Assembly: GCA_964036045.1 (NCBI GenBank)
Contig: OZ038378.1
Coordinates: 141,236,001-141,300,000, forward strand
Direction: 5' to 3'
Length of the DNA stretch: 64,000 nt
Source: Eutreptiella sp. 'Long Island Sound 2002'
Lineage: Eukaryota > Protista > Euglenida
A model generated the notes under the pieces. The model was not told the origin of the DNA and ran no database searches. It saw only the letters and a list, made by a program, of their open reading frames with translations. Both the position numbers and the translations under genes were made by a program. This document shows, piece after piece, positions 1 through 10,180 of this stretch (its first letter is position 1; each line of letters begins with the position of its first letter).

Positions 1-60
1 GAACAAGGCAGGAAACACAGGGCAGATATTTGGTGCAGGTTATCAGCGACTCCAGGGGGT

Positions 61-190
61 CGTTTGGGGCCCTGGCCAGCCCCGACTGACCCACCCACCC
101 ACCCACCCACCCACCCACCCACATCAGACAACTTTTCCTTAGCGGAAAAATGAACTTTACTAAAGAGCCTGGAAATTGGAGGATTTTAGG
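61..190 (+). repeat. Dispersed repeat family C copy: (CCCA)n tract followed by CAGA...TTTCCTTAGCGGAAAAATGAA
   Basis: A similar cccacccacc-aacaga-tttcctcagagagcaaatgaa layout occurs at 48820-48960, and related CCCACCCACC blocks at 28480-29000 and about 39300-39345 (reverse). Confidence 0.6.
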
Positions 191-2194
191 TACATGAACT
201 TCTTTTTGCCCCCCAAGTCTGACATTTCATCCTGTGTTGGCTTCCTTACTGGGCCTTGAACAGTCACCTGTTTGCACCTTTGCTGCTCACGCCAGGTTAC
301 TTTGGCTTGTTTCCTCTGCAGGCCCGTGGCAGCCTTGTCTGGTTTCGCTGTGGGATCCTGACGAGCACCGTGCTGTCCGTGTTGTGCGGCGTCTGGCGTC
401 CAACGTACCGAGAGGGGCCCAATACTTGGTCCACAGTGGCTGCAGTGGGCACTGTGGGGTGCGCTTCTTAGTTGCAAAGGCCCATCCGCAAGGCCCCCCA
501 CCTTTTCGCCGCGGCCCCCCTCCACTCCATGGTGTCCACCACTTCTCGGCTGGCTCTCCTGCTGTCCACTGTCGTGGCTGTCCAGTGTGTGATCTATCGC
601 GGGTTTTGCATGCACTTTGGTTGTGGTGTCCGCAGCTGTCGCAGCTTCTGAGGTCCACCAAGAGCCATGCAGTGTGCCCCAAAGGCGGCGAGCATAGAGA
701 CACCCCCGCCATCCTCCAGTGCCCCCCAAACGTCGCTCAGGCGGACATAGGCACTGGTTGCCACAGGTGTCGTGTGCGCGCGTGTGGTTGCCACAGGTGT
801 CGTGTGTGCTTGTGTGGTGGGTCTGATTGGTGCTGCACCATGTTGGCGCCGGTGTCCTTGGTTCGCCCCACCCCAGTTTTGTCGCTGGTCCCTTTCCTGG
901 GAAACCTAACCACCCCCCCTTGGGGTAGGATGTCTGCCACACTAAGCACTCAAGTTGAACATATTGAGCCAACCCCCCGCCTCAAAAAAAAAAAAACATG
1001 GTGCCTGTCACTGTGCATGCAATGTGCCCCTCTGCATGAGGCATCAAAGGACAGGGTGTCACAAGTGGCGCGTGATGCAACAACATCCTTAAAGTAGCTG
1101 CGGCTGGTTGCTGTCAATGAGAAACACAAATACGTATGTTTTTCAAACGCCTATTTGAATGCCAAGATGGATAAATATTCTTCCTAAAGCCGAGAGGGGG
1201 CACGCTTGTGGGGTGGGAGCGGGTCAATATTGCTTGGCAATATTACCATATACCACGGGTTAGTTTTGCCCCCCCCGCCCGCCCCTTGCCTCCCAAGGAG
1301 CTGCAGTGAGCTTGATAACCTTGGTATGCCTCACCAACAGGGCCAGCGGTGGTATGGAGCCCGGCCTGACAGGTGGCCTCCCATTTCACGACAAAGGTAG
1401 TGCTTTAGGACACATCAAGGCTGGTGACAGGCAAATCTTGGAGGATACCTCCGCGATTCCACAAAGCACAGGAAACTAGCTTGTCAATGGCCTAAAAAAC
1501 CATAGGTGCCTTTCGAAAACACCCCCCCCCCTAGATGTATGGCTAAAATGTGTGGCGGGAATGTCGGTGTAAGGATTTCACCACATGCTCCCCATGGGGG
1601 AGATCGTCACTTAGCAACTGCTTGGGGGCAAGAGGGGAGGGGGGAGGAGGCATAACAAAGGGAGGAGCTACACCGAGGAGAGGGTGTGCATGTGGCACTA
1701 CCAGGCCACTCATGACCCTTGACCCGCAAATCTACGTGGCGTGGCGGGAGGGACAGAATTGCCACGCGACCATCCCCAGTGAGTGTGCTATCAGCCATGA
1801 CTGTCCCCAACTACCACACTGAGGCTATCTGTACCCAACACCACACGTCATGTCATCCCATTCATGACACCTGCTGTGGACATAGGCATAGCAAAGATGT
1901 CATTAGGGCGGTGCATGAAAGATGATTGACGGCTGCGCATAGATCATGTGGCAACCATCACCGCCGCCGCCTTTTTGGTTCCCCCCCTGGTTGCCCTCGG
2001 AGAACACACATGAGCAATCCACATCATCCCACCATGTAGTTGCGGACCTGTGGAAGCTGTAAGCGCATCGATGGTAGAAGAGGCTGCCGTATGCCCCATG
2101 TGGTATCGGTGGGTGTTGTGAATGGTGTCACGCATATACGGCACGAAGTTGTTCCCCTGTACCCCATAGGTAGGGGGGGGGAGGTTTGGCGGTG

Positions 2195-2490
2195 CACACA
2201 CAAGGCGGTTTGTGGCCACAGCAGGCGTCTTGTTATTAAAGGGGGGTGCGGGGGGTTGGCCCCCGCGTCAAGCGAATCGAGCTGTCTATCGAGTGAAGTG
2301 AGCTGCCTGTCGAGCGCAGCGAGCTGAAGGGAAGGTTTGGTGGTCCACACACAAGGCGGTGCATACACAAGGTGGTGCACACACAAGGCGGTCTGTGGCC
2401 ACTACACAATCTTGTGATTTAAAGGGGGTGCGGGGGCTGGCCCCCGCGTCGAGCGAAGCAAGCTGTCTGTCGAGCGTAGCGAGCCGAAGG
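2195..2490 (+). repeat. Local duplication with subrepeats (CACACAAGGCGGT x4; GGGGTGCGGGGG..GGCCCCCGCGTC.AGCG x2)
   Basis: Directly visible repeated motifs at about 2237-2330 and 2420-2490. Confidence 0.7.
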
Positions 2491-3408
2491 ATACGGGGGG
2501 GGGTACATGGGAGGGGGGGGTATTGGGGGGGTACGGGGGCGAGGGGGTAGGGGGGGGGGTACGGGGTGGCGAGTTCGTGCCGACTATCGTGTCACGGTAT
2601 CACCGGTAATTGAAGGGTAGCATAGGAGACACTTTATAGTGGGTTTGCTTGTTGCCATATTGGGAGAATGGGAGCAAGCCCAATTCGACATGGGATTGGC
2701 CTGGTGCTAGAAGCGTGGAGAGGAATACAATGGCTGCCTCGAGGTCCCCAAACTTGGGAGGAAAGAAAGTGGCAACATCACACAATTTGAGTGCCATATT
2801 TGGAATGTCCATGAAATTTGGAACATGGAACACTATTGAGGCAATGTCTTTGTAAATCACGTCTTCGTGCCGCCGGCTCTCTGTTTTGGGTTTGAATTCG
2901 GATTTGGGGTTGGGGGCATATCTTAAGGCGGCCCGCACCCCGGCGACTCTACATATCAGCCGGCGATGCCACGTGAGATGCACACCATGGGCCCTCAACA
3001 GACCCCGCGGTACCAAGGCCAGGCACCACTCTGCAGGCAGAGCACTCCCGGCTCAACCCCAAGGCGCCGCCCCAGCACCTGCTCTCGGGGTGCTAGGCCA
3101 CCCGAACCCTGTGACCTCTCCTACCGCAGGTCCTACATGCACGTGACCTTGCCCCTGCCACTGTCCCTTGAATAACCCCCCCCTCGGCCCATTGCACATG
3201 CCCTAGCCCCTGCCCCTGCCCTGCACCGCCACGGACAAGGAGGGAGGGAGGGAGGATGGATGGGTGGGTGGGCTACAGCCAACCCTTGCCCAGTTACAAA
3301 TGCAAGGGCTATGTGGGCGTTGCAGCAGTAGCCCTCCTGGTTGCAGCTGCTACAATGCTACAGCTGCCGCGCTGCAGAGGCTGTCGCAGCTTTCTTGCTG
3401 CTGCTGCG

Positions 3409-3479
3409 GCAGCATTTCAGCTGCTGCTTTCACGCTAGCTACAGCGCCTACAGCACAAAAGCAGTAGCTGAAATGCTGC
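3409..3479. repeat. Inverted repeat: 22-bp stem with one mismatch, 27-nt loop
   Basis: gcagcatttcagctgctgcttt (3409-3430) versus aaagcagtagctgaaatgctgc (3458-3479). Confidence 0.8.
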
Positions 3480-4670
3480 TGCATGACAACTGCAGCGGGA
3501 CCGCTAGTGCAACCACTGCGGTACAGCAGCTGCAGCTACGGCTGCTGTACGAGGATGGTTGCCACTGCAGCACCTCCATGGCCCCTCAATTGGTAAGGGG
3601 GCGGGGCTTGCTGCAGTGAGACAAGCTGCAGCAGAACAGTGGCTTACAGACGCTAGTCGCTGGATGTGATGCAACAAGTTCAAGCCGTTCAAGGGATCCG
3701 AAGATGATGCCCTTGCCTAGAGGCTGGCTGTGGGAGATTGGGCAGGCATCGAAGTTGCAATCTCCCATGGAAGTAGTCGCATTTCTGTGCACAGGCCCTT
3801 GTCATGTTTCCAAGACCAATGGTCGACAGTTGTGTATTGGGGGGTCGGATATCAAGGCTGCACACATGCGCCATGCTTGTGCAACCATAGTCTGCGCATG
3901 CGACATATGTATCACTCTGGCACGCACACATACCATGCGTGAACCACACCAGGACGCACGTGCACCCGTATCCCTGAGTACACTCTCGGACCATGCACAT
4001 GCCGCTGCAGTGCGCGTGTGTGTACCATGCGGTCACGCATGACGTCCACACCACCCATGCCCAAATTTGTTCATGCCCTTTCACACCGGCAGGACCTACT
4101 GGGGCTGTCGCACACAGCCGGCAAGGGAGGCAGTTGTTCCGTGGTCTGTGCGGCGCAAGCGTCTTGCGCCCCCTGCATTCCCCAACGCGTCAAGTATGCA
4201 CGCAATGCAGGAGCAGAGCCCAAGTCGCTTATGGCTTCTTCTGCATGATAAGGAGGGCACAAACAAATTCGGCTGAGATACAGGGCAAGGAGGAGATATA
4301 TGACCCAGTCTGCCACCCCCACCCGCCCCACTCCAACGCACGGAACTTTCGCTCCTGCGGAACTACAGTGCAGGCGACTGCTGGGCGTGCCCGGGACACG
4401 ACTGCTTACTGGACCATAAGCTGCAGAATGTGATGTGAACGGTCTATCTGCGGCATGGCAGGGTCCTGTGACCCCATGTCACCTCCTCACCTTGTGTTTG
4501 CAAACGCCTCAACCCAGCACACAGGCCGTGTGGTACTCTGCACTTGATGGGATGCAGATCTCTGGTGAGTGTACTCCATTCAGAAACAAGGGAAAGAGCG
4601 GGAATACACTGCATTTACTGCACAGAACCCTGGTCTATGTTGTTGCGCTTCCACAGACATGCGCACGGAC

Positions 4671-6187
4671 CTGTCATTGACGCCGTGATATTCAAGTCCT
4701 CCTGGAATCCAGACGCGGTCTTGGGAGAACAGCCGTAGCGGAGGGTGTGGGCCCATCATTAGTGTGTCGGACCGAAGCCAGATAACCCACTCATACTTGA
4801 CCTGCATCACAAGCTCGGCCCTTTGGATCTCAGCCCAGCACTTGTCCTGCAGGATGATGGAGGGGACAGCGGATCCATCGAGGTTCTGGTGCCAAGGGTT
4901 GAGCGCGTTGCTTGCCCAGGGCAAAGCTAGAAAGGCATCCAGCGACTTGAGGCTGTCCGAAGCGGCAGAGCTGCGAAACATGTGCAACGTCTTCTCCCTG
5001 GTCAGCAATCGCCTGAAGTGTGCGCTGAGCACAGGCATCCCCTTCGTGGCCTGGTAAATGTTCTCCACTTCTGCCGTATCAGTGTATTGCAGCAGAACGA
5101 TGAGGTGGGCATTGAGAGGTCGCAGCAGATGGGTCTGAAGGTTGGGAATGGAATCGGTGCCACTGCGTGCTGCACCAGTCATACACACCACTGCACTTGG
5201 TGAGCGGGCACGAGACTTCTGCATTGGCGGTGGCACGATCAGGTTTCTGCGGAACAAATTTGCTGGAGCTAACGTCAAACCACCGCTCAGCAAAGGAGTG
5301 AACCGCCATCCTGCCTGCAGCAATGCGGAAGTGTAGAAAGCATGGCTTGTCGCCTCTCTGCCGCTCACAGACGTGCAATGAACCTCAGATCGAGCGTTGA
5401 GGAGATCAAGGACTGGGCCGTAACGTTGCAATCCTTTCATCCCAATGAAGCCGCTGTCCAAGAAGTCCGTTCCCCATTTTGTGGTGGCATTGCACCGTGA
5501 CACTGGTGGCATGTATGCCACCATGTGACCCCCCTTCTGGTGGCAGGGTCTCATAACACACAAGCAAGCCTGCACTGTGGGAAAGATTTGTGCCTGGTCA
5601 CTTATGAGAGACTTTGTGGTGGACAGGAGCTCGAGTGGAGCCATGAGGTAATCGATCCAAGGGAGAGAGGCCTGTAGCCATGGGCCTTGGCCTAGCAGTG
5701 CAATTGGGGGGTGTGGGGCTAAGACCAACGCAGTGCTATGCACCAACACAAGCCACGAGTACTGTTGGCGTGCCTCGCGTCTGTGGGCTTCTGCGAGTGT
5801 TACACAACGGGACAGGCAATATGCAGCTTCCTCGGTTCTCGCCCTCAACTTGGGATAAGACACAAACCCTGTTGATAGCATGCCCGCTGGGAGTTCTGGG
5901 AATCGCTGATGCACGCAGAAGAAGGCATTTGCCTGAAGGCGGTCCAGAAGATTGGCCCGCAAGAGGGCCCCATTACGGTGAAGGGCCCATGTTCGGCCAT
6001 AGATGCACACCGCAACCTTTGCAATGCGATGAGAATTTGCCACAATGACTCCCGCCAACCAAAGCAGGCATCCGCTTGCATGGGAAGAATATGCCAGTGC
6101 TACAAAGTGTATGCAGGTGGGTAATAAGGGCGTTGCAGATGGACTGCAGAGCGTTGGGAGAGATGGAGAATGCTGAGGTGGGATCAT
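4671..6187 (-). CDS. Large exon of a putative glycosyltransferase-like protein with two tandem DUF7796-like domains and an N-terminal hydrophobic anchor
   Basis: ORF 4580..6187. Domain 2 has AVVCMTGAARS ... YEWVIWLRSDTLMMGPHPPL ... VWIPGGLEYHGVNDR, resembling the AVC.SG..R / YDW.IR.R.D / NDR pattern of algal GT-like proteins (recalled, not searched). Domain 1 has KVAVCIYGRT ... YSWLVLVHSTALVLAPHPPI. A donor GACAG|GTCCGT follows GVNDR (exon end 4671). Downstream exons were not resolved. Confidence 0.8.
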
Positions 6188-6479
6188 AAGTTGAGACTAT
6201 CTCAAATGCAGGTCTAGTTATCTTGTGGCCCAGAGCTGGTGTGTACAGCCCCAAACTTGTCTTCGAAGGTCAACCATATTCCTGGAATGGCCAAGCAGAT
6301 CTTTCGTAATCTTCCATTACATGTTCTCTCTCTTCTCTCTGTTCTGGACAGGTACCTCAGGATTCTGTGTTTGTTGCACTAAACATACACGCCTACACTG
6401 CTGCGCTACGGGGGAAGTACCATGCCCGCCAGGGCTGCTGGTACCTGCCACCAACATGCTTCCTACCGAGATCACAAAT

Positions 6480-7810
6480 CACGCACGAGCTCCCCAAATG
6501 GTCTGGGAACAACTTTGAAAAAAATCATTGTTCACCACTTTTGACCCACAAGTGACCCCTTAACCCTACCCTAACACGTGCACTATGTACGTTGCACCAC
6601 TGCAATGGGGCATTGAAGGGTGTGTTCGAATGCCATAGATTGTGTTGGGCATCATTGTGGTGATAGTGAATGATGAAGGAGATCACTTGCAAGCTATTTA
6701 TGCATAGTCAACACAGGACCCCCACCCCACGCATTGTCGGTCATAAAATTGCCCCTTTCAAGGGTTTTGGGGAACTTGCATGGGCTAATATGGGTCAAAC
6801 ATGGCTCGAAATAGCCTTCAACCACTTGTTTGGGGAAGTTCTTGCACTGCGTGCGCACTGCGTGCATACTGCGCACGCAGAGGCTGGGATACTCACCGAA
6901 GTAATACGGGTGGTGGTGACCATATTATTTCCTTGGAATCCAAAACTTCGCACTATGTGCGCACTGCGTGCACGGCATTCCCTTTGAGCACCCCAAGTGG
7001 TCTTGGAAGAACCATGGAAAAAATCACTTTTCACTCAGGTGAGCCCCGTAACCCTGCCCTAGCACGTGCACCGTGCACGCCAGTGGTACCAATAGGGCAT
7101 TGGAGGGTGTTGACGGCATGAAATTACGTTGATCCTATTCATCATTATTCATCACCAGAAGGGTAGCCAACGCAATCCATGGAGTGCAACACAAGAAGGT
7201 GGAACTTCAAAAAGTATGCAAAAAGGGTGCTTTCCAAGGCTAATTTTGCCCATTTCACTTGCCCATTTCAAGGCCTTTTGGGAACTTGCATGGGCTAATA
7301 TGGGTCAAATATGGCTTAAAATGGCTTTAAACCACTTGTTTGAGCACCGGAAATGGGGTTGCAAGGGGAACGCGGGGGAGGGGGGTTAGGGGAGGGCTGC
7401 GGGAGGAGTGTTGGGGGCATGTCTCTCGACGAGTGAAGCGAGCAAGGAGGGGTTTCGAGGACAGAAGAAGGGGGGATCGTTCTTGGTGTCCCTCGGCATC
7501 CTTCCTTTTTCAACCCGTAGCTGATGTTCCCTCCCGCATGAGCTCAGTCCCAATAGTTAGTCTTGATTAGGATTAGGGTTTGGATTAGGGTCACCGAGTT
7601 GGTGGGTTTAGTCTTGGTGTTATAACCCTCGTTAGTGTCAAGGGTGGACCTACCAAATTTGGCAAGAGGCAAAAGCAACAACATCAAGCGGCAACAAGCA
7701 AGCATGCTCGAAATGGGCAAAAAATACAACTCTCTCGTGGTGCTTTGGATTTCGCCAAAAATTTGGTGGATGATGCCTATTGTGTGAGGGACAAGCACAC
7801 AAATCTATCT
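6480..7810 (+). repeat. Composite dispersed repeat: family A subunits plus the 5' part of family B
   Basis: Motifs gggaacttgcatgggctaatatgggtcaaa, accacttgtttg, gggcattg(a/g)agggtg and gaaggtggaactt recur here and at 10760-12900 and 37720-39260. The 7350-7800 segment matches about 11600-12090 in reverse and 32330-32560 forward. Confidence 0.8.
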
Positions 7811-10180
7811 TTTTTGTTCCTCACCCTCAAGGTGTCATTGAGTGTACCTGCCAGAACCCCGGAAAGCTGAAGGTACATTTATGTATGGCACACGTGCACT
7901 CAGAAACTGAGCAGACCGGAGGTCCATGCAGCATGCTAGCATAACATGTGTTCTTCCTTCACGCAGTAGTGCAAACGGTGTGCCACGCCTATGTAGCTAT
8001 CGCTCAATGTGGAGGTGATGTACGTGTCGTTCAGAGAACAAACATCTACTAGATCATTCGCTGTGCTCGCAGGGCACATTTGCTGGCAATGGGTCACAAG
8101 GGATGTGCGTGTGTATGGTGTAGTGTGTGGCGCCCGTATGTGGGACCCTTTGTGCGCGCGAACGCGTCAGAATGGAGCAGCGTGTCCGAGGCTGGGAATG
8201 CCCTTGTGGGCAACATGTGTGCATGTATGCGTGTGGTGTCAGACAGTGGGTACATGTGTGCTAGCCTTAGTGTGTATTGCATGCGTGGGATGCTGTATAG
8301 GAGGTGGGTGCTGGTCCGGGTGCCTCAGGGTGTACCACTGCGTGCAGCAATAGGACGGTGGGCACAACAGATGTAACGCTGGGGGCAGAAGACAAATAGG
8401 TGGGTCGCCAAGATGCATGTGTTAGGCCACACAATAGGTCGGCAATCACCGTACTGCCCTAATCACCTGTAGCTACATGCAGACAGTGTGCGCGGGGCGG
8501 GGTGTGCATGGTCAGGCGCAGGCATAGGGGATAGCATGGGGCATGGATTGCGCAGAACGGTACAGGAACCTCGCACGGGAGGAGTCATAGCTGCCCTCCT
8601 AACATGGTCTAGCCCGGCGAGCACCGGTCCACGAGGGCCCGACTGCTAAGGCTGTAACACCCCACCATTTTGGGTTCCTGCATGTGTCGTGGGAGTCATC
8701 CGTCGCCATGGCCACGCCATCCTATCCCACTCAGTGTTCCGGTAGGGTGGGGGTGGCGAGGGCGGCGGTATGCTGTAAATGGGCTCGTCCACCACAGTGC
8801 GCACATAGTGCTCGCGTCCCGCATCCGTCAGCATGACATGACAGTGACATGACAGTGTGCCACGCCCACTGCACATCCGCCTCCATCCTGCTAGCGACAC
8901 GTTGAAAATAATCCGGCATCTCCCGGGCACATATCAACCGAGACACAGTCCTTGCAGGGTCATGAGCGGAAGGGTCCGATACGGCCGCAGCGCCGCATTC
9001 CTTTGCCGTGTGCACCCCGCATGGGGCCTGTGATAGGGATCCGGCGTGAGATGCACTGGCTGAGACTGCCCTGGTGCCTATGCGATGTGGTCACACTGAC
9101 AGTGTGCCTGTTCCACTACAGGGCTTTGATGCCGATGACCGCTATCCCCACTCCGTCCAACCTCCACGCATAATTCCTGGTCCTCAGGGATGCCCAGGTC
9201 TTTCTGGGGCCGCTTGATGAGCTTTTTGTAACTTCGCTAGTTCTTGCGCTTGTACGTGTCCTTGCTGCTGCAACCAAGCAGACGGTGAAAGGCTGCCTGA
9301 TGGGGCTAGAGCGAAAGTGGGACGGGTACCATAAACGGCACCATTTGCAGTGCCACCGTTTGCAGGCCCGGCTGCAGTGGTGGCTGCAGGTCTGTGCGGG
9401 GGCTTTTCCGTGGTGGCGTCGCTGAGCGAGACCTTGATGTGCATGCGGCCATCCTAGTATCAGAGCTATGCTGCTCCGTAGACTCAGAGTCACCTTCACT
9501 GCTTAGGCGGGAGGACGCTATCTCGGAAAGGGGGGATAGGTCCATTCCTTCATACCAGGAGTGACGCCGCTCCAATGGGTCATTGTGAAGACACCTAGTT
9601 TGCTTGGAGGACGGTACAACAACTAGTTCAGCATCCAACTCACTACCATTCTCACGTGGTTTGCAACTCAGCAACCATACCCCATCTCGCGTTGCATGTC
9701 GCTTGACTTCATATAGCAACCGTGTTGGGTCCCTAGACCAGTAACGTCGGAAAAATCCGGCAGTAGTCTGACATTTCCAAGGTGAGACTATGTATGGCCA
9801 GTGGTGCCGCACCGTATCTTGACTGGGTTGTCGCACAGATGCCGGGGTATGTGCGGCTCTTTCGGCTTCGACCTTTGCACTGTGGGGTTGACGTGCTTGA
9901 TTGACTGAGCTAGGGCTCGAGCTAAGGACAGCAGGAACTCCGCGCTTTCCGACCTCAGCACAACAGGGCGTATCTCGACCATGATATTGGTCGCCTGGTC
10001 CGTGATGACACAATAGCACGGGTCGCTCGTGATACACAGCACCTATGAGTCACAAGGAGTGTAGTAAAGGGATAGCAGAAACCGGAACGTAGGCCCTATG
10101 GTTGCCTTTTCGGGAGCGGCTCTAGCTTGATAGCTTAAGCCGGCCGGCAGAGGTCCATATCGGAGCCCCCTCACTCTTCT
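7805..10180. mobile_element. 2.4-kb insertion interrupting a family B copy, flanked by 25-bp direct repeats
   Basis: TTGTGTGAGGGACAA(G/T)CACACAAAT at 7780-7804 and 10181-10205. The family B consensus (as at 32530-32620) stops at the first copy and resumes after the second. Confidence 0.6.
8650..10060 (-). mobile_element. Decayed LTR-retrotransposon gag/aspartic protease remnant
   Basis: Minus-strand frames give a knuckle-like IRCGTTGH, then WRLDGVGIAVIGIKAL*WNRHTVSV (an eroded AL.DTGA..SV-like motif), GPMRGAHGKGM and VDMCPGDAGL. A purine-rich GGTGGGG followed by TGTTACA at about 8665-8653 resembles a PPT/LTR start. Multiple stops and frameshifts. Confidence 0.4.

Noticed and set aside
234-1097. 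287-aa and 270-aa overlapping ORFs as genes
   Set aside because: No codon bias or domain; only a weak CDSCGHH knuckle-like word on the minus strand.
7894-7905. Euglenid spliced-leader gene (TTTCTGAGTG on the minus strand)
   Set aside because: Only a 10-nt match to the recalled SL exon; the flanks, donor site and Sm site do not fit, and such a match is plausible by chance.
9455-9467. PBS-like TAGTATCAGAGC on the plus strand
   Set aside because: Mismatched, and on the opposite strand to the gag/protease remnant in which it lies.
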